Source: Solirubrobacterales bacterium (GTDB lineage Bacteria > Actinomycetota > Thermoleophilia > Solirubrobacterales > 70-9). Taken from it: a DNA stretch of 24,000 nt. The DNA is taken from assembly GCA_016712175.1 (NCBI GenBank), contig JADJRQ010000004.1:47843-71842 (forward strand), read 5' to 3'. Positions within the stretch are counted from its first letter, which is position 1, and every line of letters begins with the position of its first letter. Both the position numbers and the translations under genes were made by a program. Below the pieces are notes generated by a model that was given only the letters and a program-made list of their open reading frames with translations, searched no databases and was not told the DNA's origin. This document shows, piece by piece, positions 15,698-23,910 of this stretch.

Positions 15698-16880
15698 CGC
15701 TGCACCTGCTGGATCCAGGCATCGTCGATCTTGCTCACTTCGGCTACCGGAAGCTCATTGAGCGGTGTGCCGAGTGACTGAAGGAGGAAAGGGCTTTCGG
15801 TGGGCGCAAGCTTCGCGGCCTGGGCCTCGTCCAACCTGTCCGGATCGAGGACTGAGAGCATTCCGACGATCTTCGGATCCTGCATCCTGGCCTGGATCGA
15901 CGGGTCGAGAAGCAGGTTCGCAACCACCTGGGCCCCTTGGGGACTGGAGGCATTCGCCGGGATAGTCACGAAAGATGCGTTCTGTAGTGCTCCGTCGCCG
16001 ATCAGAAAGGGTCTGGTGGAGTCCGGGAACTGACCCTGGAGGACGGCGTTGTCGATGAAGTTCGAGTTGTAGCTCATCGAAAAATCTACTTTGCCGTTTG
16101 CGAACAGCTGGCTCAGTTCCTGTTCTGACTTCGGCTGAATCTTGCCTTCTGCATACGTCAACGGTTTCAATTCCCTCAGATAGGCCGTAGCCGCTTCCGT
16201 CGAGCCTAGCCGCTGAACCACCTGCCTGACAAAGGCTGAACCGGTGAAGTCGGGTGGGGCCGGATACGCAAACCGGCCCGGGTTCTCTTTCGCATACTCG
16301 AGAAGTTCAGGGAATGAAGAAGGCGGCTCGGATGCAACCTTTTTGTCGTAGGCGAAGACGAATCCCGCCCGCGACCAGGGTGACTCCTGACCATCCACGT
16401 CAACCCCGAAATCCTGTGAAAGAAGGGGCGATTCGGCGTCGGTCAACTCCCGGTTGGGCAGGCCTTCGGCCCAGTCTTTTCGCCACAGGCCGACCTCCTT
16501 GCCGCTGGCGAAGTTCTCGCCGTTGATCCAGATCAGGTCGACGCCGCCGCCACTGCTCTTTCCTGCTCGCTCCTCCGCGACAACCCGTTTCACGGCATCG
16601 GCGGTGTCGGCTATCGGCACCCGGACCAGCCGCACCCCCTCCTTTGAAGCCGCAGGGGTCACCACGTCGTCAACGAAGGCGTTGAACCTGGGATCTCCGC
16701 CATACATCCACCAGCGAACGGTCTGCCCCTGAGCTTCACTGGCGATATCACCGAAGCTCGCTGTGGATTCCGAGAAATCGCCAGACGAGTCGTCAGAACC
16801 ACCCGAACCGCATGCCACGACGGTCACGGCCAGTAGCGCTGCGACGACCAGGCCAAAGTTTTTAGGGCATTCAGTTTCAT
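15694..16880 (-). CDS. ABC transporter substrate-binding lipoprotein (YnjB-like); 5' end frame-shifted
   Basis: The 377-aa track ORF starts at GTG 16827, inside a lipobox (MTVVAC). Its frame is open upstream and reads ..CPKNFGLVVAALLAVTVVACGSGG. ATG 16880..16878 (MKLNALK..) is one base out of phase and the two frames join at the T5 run 16859..16863. The body contains DLIWINGENF and other features I associate with YnjB-type binding proteins. Confidence 0.75.
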
Positions 16881-16912
16881 CTGTGCTTCGACCTGATCCC
16901 TTCGCAAACGAT

Positions 16913-18421
16913 TCAGGACCGGCGGGTCAGGTCGTGAAGGCGACGCTTCAGGGCCAGGACGGGCTTGATCAGCGCCCGGTTTCTTGGCGTAAGAAATTGA
17001 GCCGAAACGTATTCATTGGCGGCCCGGGATGCTCCTTCGGCCATGGTCGGATACGCGTGTACCTGTCTGGAGATATCGCTGATTCCGGCGCCCTGATTGA
17101 TCCAGGCTGCCATCTCGGCGATCGCGTCTCCGGCACCTTGAGCTGCGATCGTGGCGCCGACCAGCCGGCCCTTCCTGTCGCCGATCAGCTTGGCGAAACC
17201 GGATGGACGTCCGTCGACGATGGCCCGGTCGAGATTCTCGTAGTCGAACTGGACGATCCGGACTTTGTCACCCCATCGCGATCGTGCTTCCCCCTCGCTC
17301 AGGCCGACCCTCGCGACTTCCGGATCGGTGAAGGTGGCCCACGGGACCGACGAATAATCGACCTTGGTGCGAAGTCCGAATACGGCATTTGGGGCGGCGG
17401 CCCTTGCCTGCTGAGCGGCCACATGCGTGAAGGGCATGACCCCCGTGACGTCACCCACCGCGTAGATACCGCTTGCCGAAGTCTTCATCCGGTTGTCGAC
17501 TTCGATCGAGCCCCCGGCATTCACGGCAACCGAAACTGAATCGAGCCCGAGCTCACTTGTTCTCGGAGACCTGCCGACCGCAACGAGGAGGTGGGTTCCT
17601 TCCCAATCATGCGAGTCACCGTCTTCTCCTGAAGATCGCATTCGAATTCCGTCCGGGCTCGATTCAACGCCGGTCACGGTGGTTCCGGTGACTGCATCGA
17701 TGCCTTCGGACTCGAATGCCCCGGTCACGAGACGGCTGGATTCGGGCTCCTCGCGCGGCAGCAACCGGTCATCTGCCTCAATGATCGTCACCTCTGAGCC
17801 GAGGCGGGAGAAGGCCTGACCTAGCTCACAACCAATCGGGCCTCCGCCGATCACGGCCAGACGGTCGGGCAGGTGTTCCAGATCCCAGATCGAGTCGGTC
17901 GTCATCGGCCTCGACTCCCGCAGCCCCGGTACCGGTGGGATGACCGGCGCCGAACCGGTCGCGATGATGGCCGAACGGAACTTCAGCTCGGTGTCGTCGA
18001 CCAGCAGCCTTCCAGGACCGGTGAATCTTGCGTTGCCTTCGATTACATCCACGCCCTCCCGGCGCAGGCGTTCCGGGGAATCGTGAGGCTCAATCGTTGA
18101 CTGGGCGGCCCGGACCGAGTCCATCACACTCGAAAAGCCGACGTCCGGCTCGACCGAAGCGATGCCGAACCGATCGGCCCGACGCATCTGGTGGGCCGTG
18201 CCTGCGGCCGCCAACAGCGCCTTGCTCGGCACACAGCCGGTCCACAGGCAGTCGCCCCCGGTTCGCTCTCGCTCAATCAGGGCAACCCGGGCTCCAGCTC
18301 CGGCTGCGATCAAGGAGCTGATCAGGCCACCGGTTCCTCCACCGATCACTACGAGGTCATATTTTCGATTCTTCAGGCTGATGGTGTCATTTGATTGCCT
18401 AATCCCCACTCCTGGGCACAA
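16913..18421 (-). CDS. Class I pyridine nucleotide-disulfide oxidoreductase (dihydrolipoamide dehydrogenase / mercuric-reductase-like)
   Basis: FAD GxGxxG (VVIGGGTGG), redox-active CLWTGC in GGDCLWTGCVPSK, NAD(P) GxGxxG (AVIGGGPIGCE) and the interface motif HAYPTMAEG, followed by a ~40-aa C-terminal extension. There is no NmerA domain and no C-terminal Cys pair. The exact start is uncertain (TTG 18421 or GTG 18409). Confidence 0.85.
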   Translation of the reverse strand: MCPGVGIRQSNDTISLKNRKYDLVVIGGGTGGLISSLIAAGAGARVALIERERTGGDCLWTGCVPSKALLAAAGTAHQMRRADRFGIASVEPDVGFSSVMDSVRAAQSTIEPHDSPERLRREGVDVIEGNARFTGPGRLLVDDTELKFRSAIIATGSAPVIPPVPGLRESRPMTTDSIWDLEHLPDRLAVIGGGPIGCELGQAFSRLGSEVTIIEADDRLLPREEPESSRLVTGAFESEGIDAVTGTTVTGVESSPDGIRMRSSGEDGDSHDWEGTHLLVAVGRSPRTSELGLDSVSVAVNAGGSIEVDNRMKTSASGIYAVGDVTGVMPFTHVAAQQARAAAPNAVFGLRTKVDYSSVPWATFTDPEVARVGLSEGEARSRWGDKVRIVQFDYENLDRAIVDGRPSGFAKLIGDRKGRLVGATIAAQGAGDAIAEMAAWINQGAGISDISRQVHAYPTMAEGASRAANEYVSAQFLTPRNRALIKPVLALKRRLHDLTRRS

Positions 18422-19248
18422 CGATCACCGGGCAGGCCGCCGAGCGGACGACCTTGAGTGAAGTTCCACCCAGGAGGACCCGCCTGATCGGCCCGTAACC
18501 ACGCGATCCGAGGATCAGCAGATCAAGTGCCGATGATTCTCTTGCGATTTCGTCGGAGGCGTAGCCGACCCTGACCTGCGCTTCGGCTTCGGCGATACCG
18601 GTCCTGGTCACTGCGCGAGCGAGGCCTTTTTCCATCTCTTCGCTCAGGACTTTCTGATAGCCAGGGTCGGTACTCGCGATCCGCCTCGGGTTGATCACCT
18701 CGGGCACAACCCCGATCACGCACAATGCAGCTTCAAACTGGCGGGCCAGTTCCGCTCCACACAGCAGCGCTTCTTCCGCGTCGAATGTGCCGTTGAACGC
18801 GACGCCGATCCGTTCGAACTCGCTGGTTTCCTTCTGCCCCCATCCCCGGGGGACCACGGCCACCGGACAGGGAGCGCCGGACGCGACTCGCGCTCCGACG
18901 TCGCCGACGAGCACACGGCCGATAGGGCCGCGACTGCTCGAGCCGACGATCACCAGGTCGGAGTCGATCTCCTCGGCAACCTTCGTCAGTCCGGCAGGCG
19001 GCGAAGTCTCGACTATCCGATGAAAATCGAATTCCTCGCCGAGCTCACCCTCGGCGAAGTCGAATGTCCGGTCGAAGTACTCGTCCTGTATCTCTTTGAT
19101 CCGGTCCATGCCTTCATAGAAAATCGTGGCCGAATGCACGCTCACAACGTGAAGTTCGGCTCCGCTGGACCGGGCGAACAGCCGGGCGAAGCAAAGTGCG
19201 TCACGGCCATCTTCACCCAGCTCGACTCCAGACGATGACTTTCTTCAT
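18399..19248 (-). CDS. Tandem universal stress protein (UspA family); 5' end frame-shifted
   Basis: The track ORF (GTG 19145) lacks the first beta strand and ATP-binding start of USP domain 1. AAGGAG + 6 nt + ATG 19248 encodes MKKVIV and then hits a stop after 11 codons. Skipping the T at about 19230 gives MKKVIVGVELGEDGRDALCFARLFARSSGAELHVVSVH.., a canonical USP N-terminus. Two USP domains are present (..VIVGSSSRGPIGRVLVGDV.. and ..LILGSRGYGPIRRVLLGGT..). Confidence 0.75.
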
Positions 19249-19316
19249 TTCATTCTCCTTAAAGTTGGCCGCGATCCGGTGAACAAACCGATTGAGACTC
19301 CGAGGCAATCATAGAA

Positions 19317-19336
19317 CGGGCCGAAAGCCGCCCGTC
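19317..19336 (-). terminator. Possible intrinsic terminator after the DUF3179 gene
   Basis: Inverted repeat ACGGGC-n8-GCCCGT, 22 nt downstream of the stop at 19358. On the transcribed strand it is followed by UUCUAUGAUU. The stem is short and the U-tract imperfect. Confidence 0.3.
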
Positions 19337-19357
19337 CAGCCCACTTCGAAATCAAGG

Positions 19358-20536
19358 TCAGGGCGCCTGTGTTGACTCGGACGCGCCGGTCCGGATATCC
19401 GCATCGGTGTAAAAGGCAGCGACCGCAAACCAGAACTGGTCATCGGCGGCAACCCGCTTGAGCTGCTCGCCTTCCAGCGGCCCTTTGGTCCCGCGACCGC
19501 TCAAATCCCAGGTGGTACCGGTCTGCCTGTCACGGACAAGACCCCGGCCGGCGGCCGAGAAATCAAGGACCCGGCCGTTCAGTTTCCGGCTGAACACGGC
19601 CGAGGAGCCGACCTCCCGGCTGCTCGAGATCTGCGGCTGGTCGAGCGGCGAGGCGACGTTCGAGTCGAAGAAGATGACCACCGGGCGGCCGTCTACCTCG
19701 TCGTTGACGGGAGCCTGCCGTTTCAGGGTTTCCAGCGGATAGACGACGGCCGAGTCGGCCCCAGTCCGGATCGTGGTCACTCTGGCCTTCGGCGGCAGCC
19801 GGGGGTCAGCCTCTTCGTCGAGCAGGAACGGAGTCGAGTCTGGCTGGTCGTAGCCCCGGTACGGGGTCGAGCCGTAGTCGCGATCGGTGCCCGTGTCGCG
19901 GGACAGAACCTCGGCCCCGGGGTGAAGCTTCCTGGCCTCGCCCCAGGAGAGAATTCCGGACGGCAGCACCTTGAGCTCGGTGCCGGTCAGTTCACCGACC
20001 ACCGCCTCGGCGGTCAATTGCTGCCACCAGGACTCCGTCTGGCGGTCGTACATGACCAGGTCTGACTTCCTGACCCGGCCGGTGGTCCCGAAGTCGAGCA
20101 ACTGTCCCTCGACGTCGCGCGAGAAAGCCACGGTCGAGCTACAGAGAGGGCAGTAGGTCACTGCCACCGGTTCGCCACCGACCGTGTCGTTGACGATCTC
20201 GTGCCAGACCAGAATCTGGATCGGATAGATCCGGGTGGCCCCGCCGATCTCCAGCACCGCCACCGGGTCCTTGTCGACGAGAAACCCGTCGGCGCCCGGA
20301 ACCGAAACGAATTTCGGATCGTCGATCGCGGGAATGCCGTCCTTGGGCGGCCCGCCTCCGGCGAACTGATCGAGGGGCACGCTGTGCTTCGAGAAGTCAG
20401 TGCTGAAACCGGCAGAAAGTCCCGGCGGCGTGGCCGGCCGGTCGTCCTCACCACTGTTGTCCCCACCGCAGGCAACCAGCGCCAGCGGCACAAGCAGCGC
20501 ACCGGCGAGCATCGAACGTCTTCCAAAGAAACCCAT
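19358..20536 (-). CDS. DUF3179-family lipoprotein
   Basis: 392-aa ORF with a lipoprotein signal peptide (LLVPLALVACGG). It has the DGIPAIDDPKF and VAVTYCPLCSS motifs that I associate with DUF3179. Confidence 0.8.
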   Translation of the reverse strand: MGFFGRRSMLAGALLVPLALVACGGDNSGEDDRPATPPGLSAGFSTDFSKHSVPLDQFAGGGPPKDGIPAIDDPKFVSVPGADGFLVDKDPVAVLEIGGATRIYPIQILVWHEIVNDTVGGEPVAVTYCPLCSSTVAFSRDVEGQLLDFGTTGRVRKSDLVMYDRQTESWWQQLTAEAVVGELTGTELKVLPSGILSWGEARKLHPGAEVLSRDTGTDRDYGSTPYRGYDQPDSTPFLLDEEADPRLPPKARVTTIRTGADSAVVYPLETLKRQAPVNDEVDGRPVVIFFDSNVASPLDQPQISSSREVGSSAVFSRKLNGRVLDFSAAGRGLVRDRQTGTTWDLSGRGTKGPLEGEQLKRVAADDQFWFAVAAFYTDADIRTGASESTQAP

Positions 20537-20569
20537 CAGATCCTTCGACCCGGGAGCGGGCCAAACGGT

Positions 20570-22317
20570 TCAGCCTTCATCCTCCGAGGCGATCGACCAG
20601 ACCCGGATCGTGTGGTCCCGGCCTCGGACCTCGAGGTCGCCGACCAGCACCAGATCGTCAATCGGGTTCACGCATGCCTCCCTGGTTGACTCCGAGAGGA
20701 ACAGGTAGTGGCCGCTGCCTTTGGTCATGCCCTCGAGCCGGGCGGCGGTATTGGTGGTATCGCCGATCGTCGTGTACTCCATCCGGCGCTTCGAGCCGAC
20801 CTGGCCCGACATCACCACGCCGGTATTCAAGCCGATTCCCATCTTGAACCCTTTGCCACGACCGGTCTCCCGCATCCAGTCACAGAATGCCGGCAGGCGC
20901 TCGTCGAGAATCTCGCGTGAGGCTGCGATCGCACGATCGGCATGGTCTTCCTGGTCAAGCGGCGCGCCGAACACGGCCATGATGCCGTCACCCATATAAG
21001 TGACGAGGGTTCCTCCGTGGTCCATGATCGCGTCGGTCATTTCGCCCAGGTACCGATTGAGGACCTCGACTACCTCGGTCGGCTCACGACTCTCCGAGTA
21101 GGTCGTAAAGCCGCGTACGTCAGTGAACATCAGCGTGCATTCGCGCTTGGCACCACCGAGTTGAAGCTCCTCTTCGCCGCCGGCGAGCACCTGATCGACC
21201 ACGTTCTCCGGCACGAACCGGGAAAACGTGAAGCGCACCCGCTGGCGCTCGAAGGCGGCGAACAGGTAGTAGACACCCAGCGTCCCGATGGCGCCCAGGG
21301 TCAAGGCGAGCAGGGGGTCGACCAGGGGAAGGATCAGTCCCGAGTTAAAGGCGATCTGGACCAGCGCCAGGTAGAGCACCATGATCCCGACCGCGAGTCC
21401 GAAGGCGGGCAGCGGCCGCATCAGCGCTCCGGCGAGAGGGCCGGCTGCGGCAAGAAGCACGATCAGCAGCAGGTCCAGACCCGGCGGTGCCGACTCGAGC
21501 GGCAGGTCATCCAGCACCGTGGCGATCGTGTTTGCTTGAATCTCCGGCCCAGGCATCAGCCCTCCGCCGACGGCCGTCGGGTGCACATCCTGAAGGGTCG
21601 GCGCCGATGCCCCGACCACGACGATCTTGTCTTTGAATATCGCCGGGTCGACTCTTTGCCGGATCACGTCGGAGAAAGTGACCGTGGGAATCGTTCCGGA
21701 CGGGCCGGCGTAGTTGATCCAGGCACCGTCCTCATCGAAGCTACTCTTCGGGACCGGGCGCCCCGTGGCAACTTCGGCGGTCACGACCGCGAAACTCTTC
21801 AGCCCATCGATCTCGAAATGACTGCGCCGTACCGTGCCGTCCCTTCCCGGCTCGACCGCCGTATTGCCGGCACGGGCACCTACGCTCCGCAACACCTTTT
21901 CTCCGCCGAAAACGTTCGCCTCGCCGCGCTGGTTGACCTCGGTCGCCGCGAGCACCACGTTTCCCGCGAGATCGACCGCTTTGATCAGCGCGTTGTCTTC
22001 GGCCGTCTGGGTCTCCTCGGTGAACTGCACGTCGTAGGCGATCACCTTGGCGCCGGCGTTACTCAGCCGGTCGATCAGCAGTCCGTGGAGCGATCTCGGG
22101 AAAGGCCATTGCTCTCCCAGGTCGCTGAAGGTGTCGTCGTCAATCTCGACTACGACCAAACCTTTCGGTGGATCCTGCTCACCGCGGATCGAAAACCGGG
22201 CATCGACCGAATCGAGCTCGAGTCCACTGAACAATTCAGTCGAATAGCTGCCGACCCCGACCAGCACAGCGAACAGGCCGACCGCCGGAAAGCCGCAGTC
22301 TTCCGGCGAAGCGACAT
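20570..22317 (-). CDS. CHASE2 sensor-domain class III adenylate/guanylate cyclase; 5' end frame-shifted
   Basis: The track ORF (GTG 22267) begins in the middle of the N-terminal TM helix. ATG 22317 directly follows the NHL gene stop (TAGATG) and encodes MSLRRKTAAF.. one base out of phase. The frames join near the run 22289..22291. The body has a CHASE2-like extracytoplasmic region, three TM helices and a cyclase domain (FTDVRGFTTYSE, YMGDGIMAVFGAP, EYTTIGDTTNTAARLEG). Confidence 0.85.
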
Positions 22318-23886
22318 CTAACGCCGACGGGCCCGGGCCACGTAACTCCGTCCCTTCTTGACCTTCACGTTCTTCCTCCTACCGAAGTCCCGGACCGTAA
22401 CCACCCCGGATTTGACCTTGAAGAAGGTTGACTTGTTGCAGCGGTCCTCGACCAGCCAATTGGTTCCTCTGACCGAAGCCGAGCCATACTTGCCCTTTGT
22501 CTTGAAACGGCCCTTGCCTTTGCCCCAGAGCTTGCGGCCCCGCTTGCGCTTCTTCTTCTTCGAGATCAAGGTGGTCGACTCTGAGCTTGCGGCGGCGCGA
22601 GTCGCGAAGGACCGTTTCCTTTTCTTTTTTGACTTGCCGCAGCCGAGCGATCCGGCCAGGGCGAGTTCGGTGTAGGGCTTCTTGCCGGCTTTCTGGGTGA
22701 CCCGGAAAAGTCCGCTCCAGAAGTTGGCCGACTGGGTGCCTCCCGTCCTGCCTTTGGAGGAGGTCAGCCTCACAGTTCCCTTGCGGGTATCGACAAGGCA
22801 GCCGACTGGAATCTGGTCAGCGGACTTGAGGCGGGTGAACTTCTTCTCGCCCCGGCACTTGGTCTTGACTTTGCCTTTGACCGGTTCAACCACGACCTTC
22901 CTGGCGAGGACGGGCTGGGCCGAGTTGTCGCCGTCGTCGAAGAACTTCTGGATGCGATCGTTGGAAGAGTCGATGACCCAGACGTTTCCGCCGGAATCGG
23001 AGGCAACTCCTCGCGGGAGTAGCAACTCGCCGTTGCCCGTACCGCCACTGCCAAACTGGGTCAGATAGTTACCGCTCGAATCGAATTTCTGGATGCGGTT
23101 GTTGACTGTGTCAGCGACGTAGACATTGCCGAGGAAGTCGATGACAATCCCGTTCGGGGCCTTCAACTGACCGTCGCCCAGACCATCGCTGCCCCACTTG
23201 GTCAGGAAGTTTCCGCTTGAATCGAATTTCTGGATGCGGTTGTTGTCAGTGTCGGCGACGTAGACGTTGCCGGCGGAGTCGGTCGCAACTCCGCGCGGGG
23301 TACTCATCTGACCATCACTCGAGCCGGCGGTGCCCCACTTGGCCAGGAAGTTGCCGCTTGAATCGAATTTCTGGATGCGGTTGTTGTTTACGTCGGCGAC
23401 GTAGACGTTGCCAGCGGTGTCGGTGGCAACTCCATCCGGGAAGCTGAACTGTCCGTCGCCAGAACCGGCGGTGCCCCACTTGGTCAGGAAGTTGCCGCTT
23501 GAGTCGAACTTCTGGATGCGATTGTTGATGGTGTCGGCGACGTAAACGTTGCCAGCAGAGTCGGTGCCCAGTCCATCCGGGGCGGCCAACTGGCCGTCGC
23601 CCGCACCTGGGGTGCCCCACTTGGTCAGGAAGTTGCCACCTGAGTCGAATTTCTGAATGCGGTTGTTGGAAGTGTCCGCGACGTAGATGCTGCCCGTCGG
23701 ATCGGTGGCAATCCCTGATGCAGAACTGAACTGGCCGTCGCCTGAACCCGAGCTGCCCCACTGCGTCACATAGAACACAGACGCCGGAGCCAGGGACGCA
23801 GATACCAGCAGAAGCAGGCAGCCGGCCACAAATGCCGCGACCGCATTCCACCCGGATTGCCACTTCTGATGATTCCTCACGTTCAA
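22318..23886 (-). CDS. Secreted six-bladed NHL-repeat beta-propeller protein with a polybasic C-terminal domain
   Basis: 522-aa ORF with GGAGGAG 9 nt upstream of GTG 23886 and a signal peptide. It has six 47-aa NHL repeats (..GNVYVADT.NNRIQKFDSSGNFLTKWG..GSGDGQ...P.GVATD..), with RIQKF at residues 76, 123, 170, 217, 264 and 311. A ~200-aa Lys/Arg-rich tail follows. Confidence 0.9.
   Translation of the reverse strand: MNVRNHQKWQSGWNAVAAFVAGCLLLLVSASLAPASVFYVTQWGSSGSGDGQFSSASGIATDPTGSIYVADTSNNRIQKFDSGGNFLTKWGTPGAGDGQLAAPDGLGTDSAGNVYVADTINNRIQKFDSSGNFLTKWGTAGSGDGQFSFPDGVATDTAGNVYVADVNNNRIQKFDSSGNFLAKWGTAGSSDGQMSTPRGVATDSAGNVYVADTDNNRIQKFDSSGNFLTKWGSDGLGDGQLKAPNGIVIDFLGNVYVADTVNNRIQKFDSSGNYLTQFGSGGTGNGELLLPRGVASDSGGNVWVIDSSNDRIQKFFDDGDNSAQPVLARKVVVEPVKGKVKTKCRGEKKFTRLKSADQIPVGCLVDTRKGTVRLTSSKGRTGGTQSANFWSGLFRVTQKAGKKPYTELALAGSLGCGKSKKKRKRSFATRAAASSESTTLISKKKKRKRGRKLWGKGKGRFKTKGKYGSASVRGTNWLVEDRCNKSTFFKVKSGVVTVRDFGRRKNVKVKKGRSYVARARRR
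22921..23769. repeat. Intragenic 141-bp tandem repeats (NHL blades) conserved at the nucleotide level
   Basis: The string GAATCGAATTTCTGGATGCGGTTGTT and close variants recur near 22945, 23070, 23218, 23358, 23500 and 23642, with a period of about 141 nt. Confidence 0.75.
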
Positions 23887-23910
23887 GCTCTCCTCCCGTT
23901 GGCGCTTCGG

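Noticed and set aside
16913-18421. Possible mercuric reductase (merA)
   Set aside because: There is no N-terminal HMA (NmerA) domain, no C-terminal Cys-Cys pair and no merR/merT/merP nearby. Only the generic class I disulfide reductase call is kept.
20942-22321. 459-aa + strand ORF
   Set aside because: It is entirely antisense to the CHASE2 cyclase gene. The product is Arg/Gly/Asp/His-rich with no recognisable motif, so it is a shadow ORF.
22921-23769. Regularly spaced repeats that could be mistaken for a CRISPR array
   Set aside because: The period is 141 nt, the units are contiguous with no unique spacers, and they lie inside an intact ORF encoding NHL blades.
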